Positions 28,943 to 39,067 of a stretch of DNA of 64,000 bases are shown here, piece by piece. Within the stretch, counting starts at the first letter, position 1. Every line of letters begins with the position of its first letter. Position numbers and translations under genes: made by a program. This DNA is from a virus, in the IMG/VR virus record IMGVR_UViG_3300027280_000002, positions 32,001 through 96,000 of that record, one strand, 5' to 3'. The notes beneath the pieces were generated by a model. The model saw nothing but the letters and a program-made list of their open reading frames with translations, searched no databases and was not told the DNA's origin.

Positions 28943-30025
28943 ATGTCAACACAAAATTGCTCAAATTGTTATAACGGATGCACTGAAATTACTTCAGACA
29001 GATGTGTTAAATATACAGGAGTAGATGTTCCTATTTTAGGAATACAGACTGGGGACTCTCTATCTTTTGTAGAGCAGGCTATTATAACTTTCTTAAGTTC
29101 TACAATTGATGGAACAGGAGTATTTCCTATAATACAACCAACTGATATATGTCCAATCGTAGAAGCTAACTTGCCAGTATGTGATCCGCTTTCTTTAAAC
29201 AATTATCTTACAGGTATAGTTCAAACTATCTGTAACTTAAATGAACAAATACAACTTATAGAAGAAAGTGAACCAACCAGTGCATATGAGGTAGGATGTG
29301 TGTCAGGAGTAACAGATAACACTTCTACTCAAGATGTTTTACAACAAACTATAGTAAAGTTATGTGAAGTTGAGCAATCACTAAATACTTTCATTACAGA
29401 TGTTACTACTAACTATGTAAGAATCGTTGATATAAATACATATATAGATAACTATTTTAACACTAACCCTACACAACAATTAATAAATAATAGAATGGTT
29501 CCATTCTCTGCTCAACCTTATTTTGGAGACTTGTCTCCATTTAGTCAGTCAGGAGCTGGTATAGGCGTTTGGGATAGAATCTTTTTATGTAATGGGCAAA
29601 ATGGAACACCTGATCTTAGAGGAAGAGTACCAGTTGGTACTACTAGTGGAATGGGAGGAGCTTCGTTAGATTCTGCAGTTGACCCTAATGTAGCTGGAAA
29701 CCCAACATATAATCTTAATACTCCTGTTGGAACTAACAGTGTTACATTAGGTATTACACAAATACCTTCACATACACATACAATTACCATTGGACCATCA
29801 ACGCCTACAATAACCCCTACAGGAAAGGCAGCAGGACCTTACGTTGGTAATAATATTGGTGGAGGATTTAAAGGTGGGGATAATGACTTTAAAATGAGAT
29901 CGTTTGTAGCAGATCCCCTTCCACCGCATTCACATTCTGCTACAATAAATCCGACAGGTGGAGGATTATCACATGATAATTTTCAACCTGGCCTTGGATC
30001 ATATTATATAATTTACATACCTTAA
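28943..30025 (+). CDS. Tail-fibre protein with phage tail-collar domain
   Basis: FLCNGQNGTPDLRGRVPVG and IPSHTH...HSH...HDNFQP..YYIIY; Cys-rich N-terminus. Confidence 0.8.
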   Translation: MSTQNCSNCYNGCTEITSDRCVKYTGVDVPILGIQTGDSLSFVEQAIITFLSSTIDGTGVFPIIQPTDICPIVEANLPVCDPLSLNNYLTGIVQTICNLNEQIQLIEESEPTSAYEVGCVSGVTDNTSTQDVLQQTIVKLCEVEQSLNTFITDVTTNYVRIVDINTYIDNYFNTNPTQQLINNRMVPFSAQPYFGDLSPFSQSGAGIGVWDRIFLCNGQNGTPDLRGRVPVGTTSGMGGASLDSAVDPNVAGNPTYNLNTPVGTNSVTLGITQIPSHTHTITIGPSTPTITPTGKAAGPYVGNNIGGGFKGGDNDFKMRSFVADPLPPHSHSATINPTGGGLSHDNFQPGLGSYYIIYIP

Positions 30026-30037
30026 AATAAAAACAAA

Positions 30038-30349
30038 ATGGCATACTTACCTGTAAATCCTTGTTGCACAGATGTAGTTTCAAACACTCCTTGTGGATGT
30101 TCAAGCACTACAAGCAATAATCCTTGTGCAACTGGGGTACATTATTCAAAGTCTATTACATACAATGGACCTGTATTACCTTGTTCAAATGTGCAACCTT
30201 GTGATGATTTAAACATTGCTTTGTCTAAAATTGACGCAATTATTTGTACATTGGTAAACCAACAAGCAATCAATACATCTGAAATTGCTACTATAAAGCA
30301 GCAAGTAATAAGTATAAATCAAACATTAACAACTTGTTGTGACTCATAA
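30038..30349 (+). CDS. Cys-rich small fibre-associated protein with coiled coil
   Basis: PCC...PCGC...ITYNGPVLPC (similar to VKYTGVDVP of the upstream gene). Confidence 0.7.
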   Translation: MAYLPVNPCCTDVVSNTPCGCSSTTSNNPCATGVHYSKSITYNGPVLPCSNVQPCDDLNIALSKIDAIICTLVNQQAINTSEIATIKQQVISINQTLTTCCDS

Positions 30350-30597
30350 TGGAAGCAATCTTAACACTAAATACAGCAGGAAATAATACTGGATCTTTTA
30401 ATCTGTTTTCAGACGTAGATGGATTTAGTGTTGCTTTTCAAACAAATGTAACTAAAACCCAGTTATTGAATGGGTATACAGCTGTGATGCCTGATTACAC
30501 TACTATAGTAAAAGTAGCATCAGGTTCAGTTTGTAAAAATAGTATTGAGATAACACTAGAACAAACAACCACAACAACCACCACAATAACACCGTAG
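30349..30597 (+). CDS. GPF-family paralog with poly-Thr tail, 82 aa
   Basis: LTLNTAGNNTGSFNLFSD...LLNGY...TTIVKV.S...C; ends TTTTTTTITP. Confidence 0.75.
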   Translation: MEAILTLNTAGNNTGSFNLFSDVDGFSVAFQTNVTKTQLLNGYTAVMPDYTTIVKVASGSVCKNSIEITLEQTTTTTTTITP

Positions 30598-30601
30598 GAC
30601 A

Positions 30602-33367
30602 ATGACAATACTTATAACATTAACTTTAGCAGGCATAGATACAGGTCCATTTGATCTATATTCTGATGCAGATAATTATCAAAATGCATTTGAGACTAAT
30701 GTTTCCAGACAAGATCTATTGAATGGTTACACTTCTAATAATGCCCCTGTTGGAACTACTACTGTTAGGTTAGATAGTACAAATCAGACTTGCGGTTCAG
30801 TGGATATATATTCTTGTGTTAGACCAAATTGTGATTTTACAGGAGAGATAATTTGTGATATTACAACAACTACAACCAGTACATCTTCATCTTCAACTAC
30901 AACTACTACTACTACATCAAGTGGACCTGGACCAATTACTTCACTATGTCTTTGGTCAACTCTTAACGAAGGAACCTCCGGAGAACTAGGAGTATATAAT
31001 ATAGACACCAATGTAGTAACTACAGTATTAGTTCCTAATGACTTTTTAGTAACCCAAGGTGTAACTAGACCTATATGTAGTACACAAAATAAACTTTGGT
31101 TAGCTAGTGAAACAGACCTTACCCAGAACAACTTTATAATTAGAGAATATGATGTAACTTTTACATCAGGTAATGTAGGTTTATCTTTTACAAGAGACAT
31201 TACTGTTAGCACACAAGGTATCCTATCATACCCTGGTTATTCTAGAGTTGGTTCTGAATGTACGGCACTAACTGCTATTAATGATACAAGTATAATAATA
31301 GTTTTTGGTGGACCAACTGCTACTGTTATTTCACCAGATGTATGGGGTTTTACTATTGATATAAGTCAAACAGGTAATATTGCTAAAAATCTAACATCTA
31401 GTATTGGAAGAACTGTTAAACCTGTAATAAATACCTATGGTAAGGTTGTTTCAAACCCTAGACTACTATATCTTAATAACGGTGATGTTATTACTAGTAT
31501 GAGGATGGATGGCGAAGTTGATGGTCCTTATAATGGGAATTATCTACAACAATACAACATTTCAAATAATGATCGTATAACTGGAACTATGAAGTTGCAG
31601 GATTTAGGCATTCCAGAATTTACCGTTAATTACACTTCTGAGAAATATATAGATATATTCTCAATAAATAGTAAATTATATGCTCTTCAACCAGAATTAA
31701 ATAGAGTATATGAAATATCACAAACTCCTGACTACCAACAACAATCATCAAATCTTGTAGGTACAAATGTAAAAAGTTTATCTACAACTAGTGGTTGTGC
31801 AGATATTACCCTTTATGCAGAACCAGAATGTGAATCTACTACAATACCTAATATGTACGACCAAGCAGGAGATGTGTACATAGGTCCAGTACCGTTTACG
31901 TATGCAGGTGTGACTGTTATGGCTAGTAGTACACTTGCTGCTGGATCTAACGGAATTGTTGGTACTGGTGGAGGGGTGACACTATATAAGTTGTGCGCTT
32001 ATACTGGACTAGTTATAGCCTATGACTTTGTTGTTCAAGGGTCCGTATTTGAAATTATACTAACGTTTGCTCAACCTGTAAATAATATTCCAATAACAGC
32101 TGCAGTACTAAATACCGTATTAACTGAAGAAGGTGAATTTAGTAATGGAGACATTTATCAAGTAGATACAAATACAGAAACTCCAACTCTTTCAATATCG
32201 ACAGGTTATGGAGTTAAGGTTATTGGTAACCAGTTTGGAGGAATAGATTATTATAATAATGACAATAATGGAGAGTTTATTGTAACTTGTGAAACTGACT
32301 ATACTATATTAACTTTATCAGGACAAGCTCCTACTGGTGGACCAGTTGGATTAGGATGTACTGTACCACCTCTAAATTGTAATAGAATATTTAGTGAACC
32401 TAGTCAAGGAAGAGACTGTGTTCCTGGAGTGTGTGCTCCTCAAAACAACTGGCCATCTTCAGGTCCTGAATATAAAAAGCTCTACTCACACAATGTTGCA
32501 ACAGGAGTTTTAGAAGAAATACCATACCCAGCAGCAAGCGCTTTCACGACTCCTAACAGTGATGTTAGTGAAACTTATTTAATAAATCAACTACTGTTAA
32601 CAAATGCAGAAAGTCTTACAACAAGTTTTAGATTTGCAAGATATAGATATAATGAGTCATCAACTGGGGTACCTCAAAACCTTGATTGGGACGGCATAGT
32701 TTATGAAATAGATAAAAATGATTTACCTGGTGTATTTAGTAATTTTATATATGGACTAAGTGCAATTAATGATGATGTAATAAGTCTTAATTACCAACGC
32801 ACTACTGCAGGTGGTGGTGGTCACATGGTGGTTGAAGCACAATTTGTACCAGGATCTACAACATTAGCAATAACTGAAAAATTTACAATACCTGAGCCAT
32901 TTAATGGAGGTAGTGAGAGTGTAGTAACTCTTAACGAAGATGGAACACCAAATAAATTTATAGCTTTACGATCAAACGAACCTGTGATAATTTCACAATT
33001 TGATTATGCTACAGGTAATTTTGAAGGTGATGTTGAATTATCTGCTCCAGGAAACCCTGAAAACTATAGAACTGGAGGAGACATGTGTGTAATTGGTGAC
33101 TTCTTATATATTTCTATAAAAGATTTACCTAATAATAACACTGACTTATGGAAGGTTAGTTTCGATACACTAGAATGGAGCATTGCAGAGTCTGATGATA
33201 GTTATAATGGTGGAAGTTCAGGAAGTAAACCAAGCTGTAGAATAAGTAATGGATTTACATCATTTGATCCACCGCCATCTACTACAACTACTAGTACAAC
33301 AACAGGGCTGCCAGCAGGAGTAAAAACAATATGGACTACATTTTCAGCCTACACATCCCCAATATAA
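30602..33367 (+). CDS. Modular appendage protein: GPF domain, Thr linker, three beta-rich modules
   Basis: ITLTLAGIDTGPFDLYSD N-terminus; poly-Thr tracts; 921 aa. Confidence 0.75.
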   Translation: MTILITLTLAGIDTGPFDLYSDADNYQNAFETNVSRQDLLNGYTSNNAPVGTTTVRLDSTNQTCGSVDIYSCVRPNCDFTGEIICDITTTTTSTSSSSTTTTTTTSSGPGPITSLCLWSTLNEGTSGELGVYNIDTNVVTTVLVPNDFLVTQGVTRPICSTQNKLWLASETDLTQNNFIIREYDVTFTSGNVGLSFTRDITVSTQGILSYPGYSRVGSECTALTAINDTSIIIVFGGPTATVISPDVWGFTIDISQTGNIAKNLTSSIGRTVKPVINTYGKVVSNPRLLYLNNGDVITSMRMDGEVDGPYNGNYLQQYNISNNDRITGTMKLQDLGIPEFTVNYTSEKYIDIFSINSKLYALQPELNRVYEISQTPDYQQQSSNLVGTNVKSLSTTSGCADITLYAEPECESTTIPNMYDQAGDVYIGPVPFTYAGVTVMASSTLAAGSNGIVGTGGGVTLYKLCAYTGLVIAYDFVVQGSVFEIILTFAQPVNNIPITAAVLNTVLTEEGEFSNGDIYQVDTNTETPTLSISTGYGVKVIGNQFGGIDYYNNDNNGEFIVTCETDYTILTLSGQAPTGGPVGLGCTVPPLNCNRIFSEPSQGRDCVPGVCAPQNNWPSSGPEYKKLYSHNVATGVLEEIPYPAASAFTTPNSDVSETYLINQLLLTNAESLTTSFRFARYRYNESSTGVPQNLDWDGIVYEIDKNDLPGVFSNFIYGLSAINDDVISLNYQRTTAGGGGHMVVEAQFVPGSTTLAITEKFTIPEPFNGGSESVVTLNEDGTPNKFIALRSNEPVIISQFDYATGNFEGDVELSAPGNPENYRTGGDMCVIGDFLYISIKDLPNNNTDLWKVSFDTLEWSIAESDDSYNGGSSGSKPSCRISNGFTSFDPPPSTTTTSTTTGLPAGVKTIWTTFSAYTSPI

Positions 33368-33374
33368 ATAAGCT

Positions 33375-34724
33375 ATGGAAGGAAAAATAACAAAAGAAGT
33401 ATCAAAAAAGATTAAGGAATTAGCTATTCAATATCCTCAAGCAGTTTCTATTGGTTTGGGTAAAAAAATAACTAATGGAGTTGATACTGGAGAATTTGCT
33501 ATAGTTATATCTATACCAAAAAAGAAGAAACTTTCTGAACTTACATCTTCTGAAATAATAGTTGATAATGTAACTATAGAAAATGAAGGAGTGGTAAAAG
33601 TAGATATTATAGAAGAAACTATTATACAACATTTAGGATGTGACGCATTTTGTGGTAACACAGCAGCAGGTTCAAATAATGCAGCTAATAGAGCAACCAA
33701 TCAACTGATGCAAGGAGGTATTTCCTTCTCTAGCAGAAATAATACAAAAACTGTAGGAACATTAGGAGGAATGGTAAAACATGTAGAAACTGGTACAACC
33801 GTAGGTTTAACTAATAATCATGTATCAATAAATGATGCTTTTTACACTTCAGATAGAGACATAAATAATCAATACTTAAATGATGCATTTCCAGTTAATC
33901 GTGTGTATCAAAATGGAGAAAATGGTCCTAACACTCCTGTTAGTAATAATATGGGAGTTAGTCTAAGGTATGTACCTATTCATAAAAAAAGTACAGGTAT
34001 ATGGAATCAAGTAGATGCAGCTATCTGTTCTATAGTTGAATCTAGATTTAATATAAATACTGCTTGGAATCAAATAGGGTTAGAATCTATATTAGGTAGT
34101 ACTGCTCCACCTTTTGCTAGTACAGCTGAATTAGATTTATTATTAACTATCAATCCTCGTGTATATAGTTCTGGAAGAACAACTGGACCAAAAGGATTAA
34201 TGCCTGAATGTCCTATGACAATATCAGCAGTTGATGCACTTGTTACCAGTATAGGATACCAAATGCAGAATCCTACACAAGCAAACTTAGCAGATGCTCA
34301 GAATAGTCCTTATTATGTAGTCTGTCAATTTGATAGAGCTATTAAGTTTGTAAAACCAAATAACGATACACCTGACAGTACAGTTCCAGGATGTATAAAT
34401 CCTATATTTAGTGGAGATTCTGGATCTTTTCTTTTAGCAGAATTAAATGGGACTATTAAAATAATAGGACTTTGTTATGCAGGAAGTTCAAATAGTCAAG
34501 GTCAAGTAACCACAGGAATCGCCTGTAGGATAGATGATGTAGTACAACAATTAGGAATAGCTGCATATGATCCAGATGATGTATTAGCTGGAAGATTAGC
34601 TGACCCTGACAGTATAATATATATTACAGAACCAGGAACAAGTGATGATAAAATAAGATCTTGTAATTCCAAAACATACTGGCAAGCAGGTTTTACAGAT
34701 ACATTAGAAAATCAATGCGTATAA
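33375..34724 (+). CDS. Trypsin-like (clan PA) serine protease, Nal1-like architecture
   Basis: GTLGG, LTNNHV (His), VDAA (Asp), GRTTG, GDSGS (Ser); N-terminal IGLGKKITNG..AIVI..KKK segment. Confidence 0.85.
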   Translation: MEGKITKEVSKKIKELAIQYPQAVSIGLGKKITNGVDTGEFAIVISIPKKKKLSELTSSEIIVDNVTIENEGVVKVDIIEETIIQHLGCDAFCGNTAAGSNNAANRATNQLMQGGISFSSRNNTKTVGTLGGMVKHVETGTTVGLTNNHVSINDAFYTSDRDINNQYLNDAFPVNRVYQNGENGPNTPVSNNMGVSLRYVPIHKKSTGIWNQVDAAICSIVESRFNINTAWNQIGLESILGSTAPPFASTAELDLLLTINPRVYSSGRTTGPKGLMPECPMTISAVDALVTSIGYQMQNPTQANLADAQNSPYYVVCQFDRAIKFVKPNNDTPDSTVPGCINPIFSGDSGSFLLAELNGTIKIIGLCYAGSSNSQGQVTTGIACRIDDVVQQLGIAAYDPDDVLAGRLADPDSIIYITEPGTSDDKIRSCNSKTYWQAGFTDTLENQCV

Positions 34725-34735
34725 TAAATTAAGAT

Positions 34736-35824
34736 ATGTTAATACAAATAAATATAACAATTCCTCCAACTGGCAGTGCTGGACCATTTGATTTATTTTC
34801 AGATGCAAATGCATACAGTTCTCCATTTCAAACACAAGTTCCAGCTACTGCTTTAGAAAATGGCTATGTGGTAACACTTCCTATAGGTGCAACTATTATT
34901 AGAGTGTGTTCTGTTGGTACGTGTGAAAACTGTATTGACTTACCAACTAATTGTCCAACTACAACTACAACATCTACTAGTTCAACAACAACAACTACAA
35001 GTACAAGTAGTACAACTACAACAACTACCACTGCACCTCCGCCATATGAATTTAACTTTGAGTTATATACACAAACTCCAGGTTATATAGGAACTGTAAA
35101 TTTAGTAATAAATGTAGATGGTTCTCCTGTAACAAATACAACAATAACTAGTGGGGCTGATTTTGCATCTGGAACTATCAATGTACTAGAAGGTCAAGTT
35201 GTAACCGCAACTATTACTAACTCTAATGTAGGAACTTGGGATCTACGAAATATAGTTAGCAAAGACGGTAGCGCTTATCAACCTGAAGATGCTTGTGATG
35301 ATTGTAATCAATTAATTACACCACTTTTTTCTTCATATACAATGGAGCCATTTAATACACTTTTTCAATTTGGAGGAAATATAATTGTTCCAACAACAAC
35401 TACAACAACAAGTACAAGCACAAGTACAAGTACAAGTACAACAAGTACGACAAGTACAACTACTACTATAGCGTGTTGTTTAAACGGTCCAGTTGCAGTA
35501 ATTGTTCCACTTACTACCACCACTACAACTTCCTCAGGAGGCTTTCTTGAGCCAGCTCAGATTTCATCACAAGGTGCAAACAGTAGCGGTGCAGCATGTG
35601 GTTTAAATATAAATACTAATATATGGGCAAGAACTGAAATTACAGGAGTAATTTCGCCAGGTGATTCCTTGTGGAATAATCCAACTGGAACTAGTCCTTA
35701 TGTTGGAAATGATAACTTTAGACGTTTAAAACTAACAGAAAGCATAAGTGCTCAATCCGAAAAAGGAGTATATCTACCTGAAGGAGATAATGTGATCCAA
35801 TCACCTTTCTCAATATGTTCATAA
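34736..35824 (+). CDS. Modular appendage protein: GPF domain with Thr linkers
   Basis: GSAGPFDLFSD...LENGY...GATIIRVCS.GTCEN; three Thr tracts. Confidence 0.75.
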   Translation: MLIQINITIPPTGSAGPFDLFSDANAYSSPFQTQVPATALENGYVVTLPIGATIIRVCSVGTCENCIDLPTNCPTTTTTSTSSTTTTTSTSSTTTTTTTAPPPYEFNFELYTQTPGYIGTVNLVINVDGSPVTNTTITSGADFASGTINVLEGQVVTATITNSNVGTWDLRNIVSKDGSAYQPEDACDDCNQLITPLFSSYTMEPFNTLFQFGGNIIVPTTTTTTSTSTSTSTSTTSTTSTTTTIACCLNGPVAVIVPLTTTTTTSSGGFLEPAQISSQGANSSGAACGLNINTNIWARTEITGVISPGDSLWNNPTGTSPYVGNDNFRRLKLTESISAQSEKGVYLPEGDNVIQSPFSICS

Positions 35825-35843
35825 TCATTTAAAAAATAATAAA

Positions 35844-36095
35844 ATGGCACAACCACCACTAAAATTTCCTGTAAAAGTAACTCTCGTAAGCGCTTGTTCA
35901 AGCTCAGGACCTTGTGACATATATGGAAACTCAGATAATTTTACAGTACCTCTTGTTCAAAATGTATTGATATCTACACTTACTAGTCCTATTGGATATG
36001 TTTTTGTAGGAGGCGTTCCTTCTGGAACTACTATTTTAAGAATTCAAAATACAGGAACTTGTACAAACTATGTAGATGTGCCAATAACATTTTAA
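35844..36095 (+). CDS. Stand-alone GPF-family domain protein, 83 aa
   Basis: SGPCDIYGNSDNF...VPSGTTILRIQNTGTCTNYVDVP. Confidence 0.7.
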   Translation: MAQPPLKFPVKVTLVSACSSSGPCDIYGNSDNFTVPLVQNVLISTLTSPIGYVFVGGVPSGTTILRIQNTGTCTNYVDVPITF

Positions 36096-36100
36096 TAATT

Positions 36101-36769
36101 ATGACAGAATCAATACAAATACAATCAAATAACATTGGTATAGATGCAGGTCCATTTAATATATTTTCCCAAGTAAATGGATTTACAGAAGCATTTGAAA
36201 CTGATATAACACCTGTGCAATTACTTATCGGATTTATTTCTTATAATGCACCTGTTGGAACTACGACTATACGAGTGGTATCAACTAGTGAGGATTGTAA
36301 TGATTATGTAGAGGAGACAGTAGACGATGTTCCACTCTGTCAAGATAAGGTAGTGGTATTTCAAGTTTGTAACTCAAACGCTTTAGTAGATGATAATTTT
36401 GATGTTTTTCTAAATGGAGTTTTAATTGGAAACTTAGACTTGCAACAACCTGCTCAAGTTGGTTCAGTTTTCATAGGCAGTACTTCTACTTTAACTATAG
36501 GAACTTCAGATTTCACATGTCCTTTAAACTTAATGCAGGAGTTCTTTTTTGACCCTGCTCTTATATCTACTACTAATGTTATAGATATGGTAAATACCCA
36601 AAATAATGGAAACGGTAATGCAGGAACATTTGAAATAAGAAACTATGAATTAACCGGCACTGTGTTATCAAATGCTTGTATTGTAAAAAATGCTAATTTT
36701 GAAGGAGTTAGTGGTGATAGTTTTCAATTCGATTGGAACTATACTCAATGTTGTCCAGACCCCACATAA
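36101..36769 (+). CDS. GPF domain plus C-terminal beta module, 222 aa
   Basis: ATG 36101; GIDAGPFNIFS...APVGTTTIRVVS...CNDYVE. Confidence 0.75.
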   Translation: MTESIQIQSNNIGIDAGPFNIFSQVNGFTEAFETDITPVQLLIGFISYNAPVGTTTIRVVSTSEDCNDYVEETVDDVPLCQDKVVVFQVCNSNALVDDNFDVFLNGVLIGNLDLQQPAQVGSVFIGSTSTLTIGTSDFTCPLNLMQEFFFDPALISTTNVIDMVNTQNNGNGNAGTFEIRNYELTGTVLSNACIVKNANFEGVSGDSFQFDWNYTQCCPDPT

Positions 36770-36801
36770 AAAAGTTCTCTTTTGTTGGTTTTAGAGAACT
36801 T

Positions 36802-36833
36802 CTCCTAGGGACTACATGTCCTTAGGAGTTTTT
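36802..36833 (+). terminator. Rho-independent terminator closing the appendage locus
   Basis: CTCCTAGGGAC-TACAT-GTCCTTAGGAG-TTTTT, preceded by a second hairpin AAGTTCTCT...AGAGAACTT. Confidence 0.8.
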
Positions 36834-36836
36834 ATT

Positions 36837-36914
36837 TATAACGAGATTAGTTATAAAGAATAAGTGTCTCTAGTAAATTTATTTGTAATATCCAAAATAA
36901 ATTCCATATCTTTA
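36837..36914 (+). promoter_or_regulatory. 25-bp conserved site plus Bacteroidota-like promoter
   Basis: TATAACGA-N5-GTTATAAAGAAT, 20 nt, then TTTG-N21-TATCTTTA. Confidence 0.6.
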
Positions 36915-36939
36915 CCATATTTAACTAAAACCACATACT

Positions 36940-38181
36940 ATGTCGTACTCTGAAGATTTACTCGTCCAGTTAAAATCAATGTTAGCTTGGAAGAAGAGTA
37001 AAAAGTTTTATGCTGAGAAGTTGCAAATTACAGAAGATGAAGTGAATGATTTGCTAAAAGATATTAAAAAGGAAAATAAAGATCCTTTAGAAGAATTTAC
37101 AAAAGAGTCAAGTAAGTTTGAAGAATTAGAATTTGTAAGGAAGGTAAACAAAGAAAAGGGTACAGTAGAAAGTACTGTTACTTTAGACTTTGAACCAAAA
37201 AGTGAAATAGATTTAGCTGCATTGCACAAAATAGATCTATCTAAATATATAATTACTAATTACTGGTCTAAACTACTCCCTAGTGGAAAGTTTACATCTT
37301 CTGTGTTTTCTAAAAGAAAACAACCTAAAGATTATACACCAGAAGACTTTAAACAGTTTTTAGAAAACTATAAGTCAAACTACATTCCAACTCCTACACC
37401 AGAAAGAAACGATCACAAAGATCTTGTAGATATTGAGTTATCTCTTTCAGATTTTCATTTAGCAAAACGATATGTAGATGGAGATAATGATCCTGGAACT
37501 AGAGCTGTTAGATTTATTAACGTAGCTCAAAAGCTAATAGACAAAGTTAAATCAGTATATGATATAAATAGAGTGGTCTTCCCTATATCAAATGATTTTT
37601 TCCATACCGATAATTATCAAAATCAAACAACAAATGGAACACCTCAAGATGTCATATTAGATTATGCCACTGAGTATGAATTAGGATTTTCTATTCTTGT
37701 AGACACCATTAAGATGTTAAAGTCAAACTCTTTGGATGTTCAAGTGATATTGGTTCAAGGTAATCATGATAGAACTAAATCATTTTATTTAGCACATGCG
37801 CTAGATGTATACTTTCAAGATGAACCAAATGTATTCTTTGATAGAGAAGAAGGTTTAGTAAAAGCAACCGTAATAGGTAATACATTCATTGGTTTTCATC
37901 ACGGTAATTGTAAAATAGAGGCACTACCTTTATTATTTGCAACACACCCAAAGTATAGTAAATGGTTTGGAGATTCTACATATAGAGAAGTTCACACTGG
38001 TGATAAACATCACTATATGGCTAAAGAAATCAAAGGAGTGAGAATACAGCAAATGCCTAGTTTATCTGGAACAGATAGGTGGCATAAAGATAATAATTTT
38101 GTACATAGTGTACGAGCTGCTCTAGCTTTAGTCTATGACTTTAAAGTAGGAAAGGTAGCTGAATTTGAAGAAAGAATATAA
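36940..38181 (+). CDS. Calcineurin-like metallophosphoesterase with N-terminal HTH-like segment
   Basis: SDFH, NDFFH, GNHD, FHHG, GDKHH motifs. Confidence 0.85.
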   Translation: MSYSEDLLVQLKSMLAWKKSKKFYAEKLQITEDEVNDLLKDIKKENKDPLEEFTKESSKFEELEFVRKVNKEKGTVESTVTLDFEPKSEIDLAALHKIDLSKYIITNYWSKLLPSGKFTSSVFSKRKQPKDYTPEDFKQFLENYKSNYIPTPTPERNDHKDLVDIELSLSDFHLAKRYVDGDNDPGTRAVRFINVAQKLIDKVKSVYDINRVVFPISNDFFHTDNYQNQTTNGTPQDVILDYATEYELGFSILVDTIKMLKSNSLDVQVILVQGNHDRTKSFYLAHALDVYFQDEPNVFFDREEGLVKATVIGNTFIGFHHGNCKIEALPLLFATHPKYSKWFGDSTYREVHTGDKHHYMAKEIKGVRIQQMPSLSGTDRWHKDNNFVHSVRAALALVYDFKVGKVAEFEERI

Positions 38182-38183
38182 AC

Positions 38184-38327
38184 ATGGCAACAAAATACGG
38201 AAAACCTACCCCAGGTAAAAATGTAAAAGCTCCTAAGGTTCGTCCTTATAATATGAAAAATAATTATATGAGAGAGGCTGATCAATTAGGAGGTATACTA
38301 GGTAACAGAACACGCAAAACACCATAA
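38184..38327 (+). CDS. Small basic protein, 47 aa
   Basis: Manual: MATKYGKPTPGKNVKAPKVRPY...; fills the gap exactly. Confidence 0.6.
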   Translation: MATKYGKPTPGKNVKAPKVRPYNMKNNYMREADQLGGILGNRTRKTP

Positions 38328-38328
38328 G

Positions 38329-39057
38329 ATGGCAACACTAAGAAAATTAGTTTCAGATGTGCGATCTATGCACAAGATATTATCAACAGACGCACTTATC
38401 ACAGATCGAGCAATTGCTTCTGAGGTTAAGAATAATGCCCAATTGTTAATTAAGAGAGAAACTAATTTAAGAAAACTATGGGCTAGTGATACATTATTTA
38501 CTACCATCCCATGTTTAGAAATGAAAGAAGTACCTATTTCAGAGTGCTGCGAGTATGCAGATGAATGTAATGTTTCAAGAACAGTATTTAAATTACCCAG
38601 AATATCTGAAGGTAATTATCAATACATAATTCAAGGAGTATATTCTGTAGATGCTATGGGAGGTAGAGGTACTAAGTTAAAAGAAATAACTATTAACAGA
38701 TTTATAAATTTGTTAAAGTTACCCATAGTAAAGAATGATTATTATTTTTGGATATCTAATGGATATTTATATGTTAATAATCCTTTACTAAAAGCTATAA
38801 GATTAGCTGCATTTTTTGAAGAAGATGTACCTAATGAAATCATGTACCCAGAATGTGGGTGTGGAACTCCTGAATATACAGATGAGGAATATTGTAAGAA
38901 TCCTTTAGATAAAGAATATGCATTACCTGGTTATTTAGAACAGCAAGCATTGTCACTAACCTCTCAAAAACTTCTAGCTACATATTTTCAAATTAAAACA
39001 GACATGAGTAATGAGGGAATAGATGGTCAGTCACCAAACGCCCAACCTACTCAATAA
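38329..39057 (+). CDS. Putative tail ring protein
   Basis: 242 aa; position in crAss-like tail block (ring, IHF, ring, muzzle). Confidence 0.6.
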   Translation: MATLRKLVSDVRSMHKILSTDALITDRAIASEVKNNAQLLIKRETNLRKLWASDTLFTTIPCLEMKEVPISECCEYADECNVSRTVFKLPRISEGNYQYIIQGVYSVDAMGGRGTKLKEITINRFINLLKLPIVKNDYYFWISNGYLYVNNPLLKAIRLAAFFEEDVPNEIMYPECGCGTPEYTDEEYCKNPLDKEYALPGYLEQQALSLTSQKLLATYFQIKTDMSNEGIDGQSPNAQPTQ

Positions 39058-39067
39058 TAAATTATAT

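Noticed and set aside
25521-31212. Minus-strand poly-Val ORFs (25521, 27156, 27777, 30784)
   Set aside because: Antisense shadows of ACN Thr-codon tracts.
25318-36769. Diversity-generating retroelement
   Set aside because: No reverse transcriptase ORF and no TR/VR pair recognised in the window.
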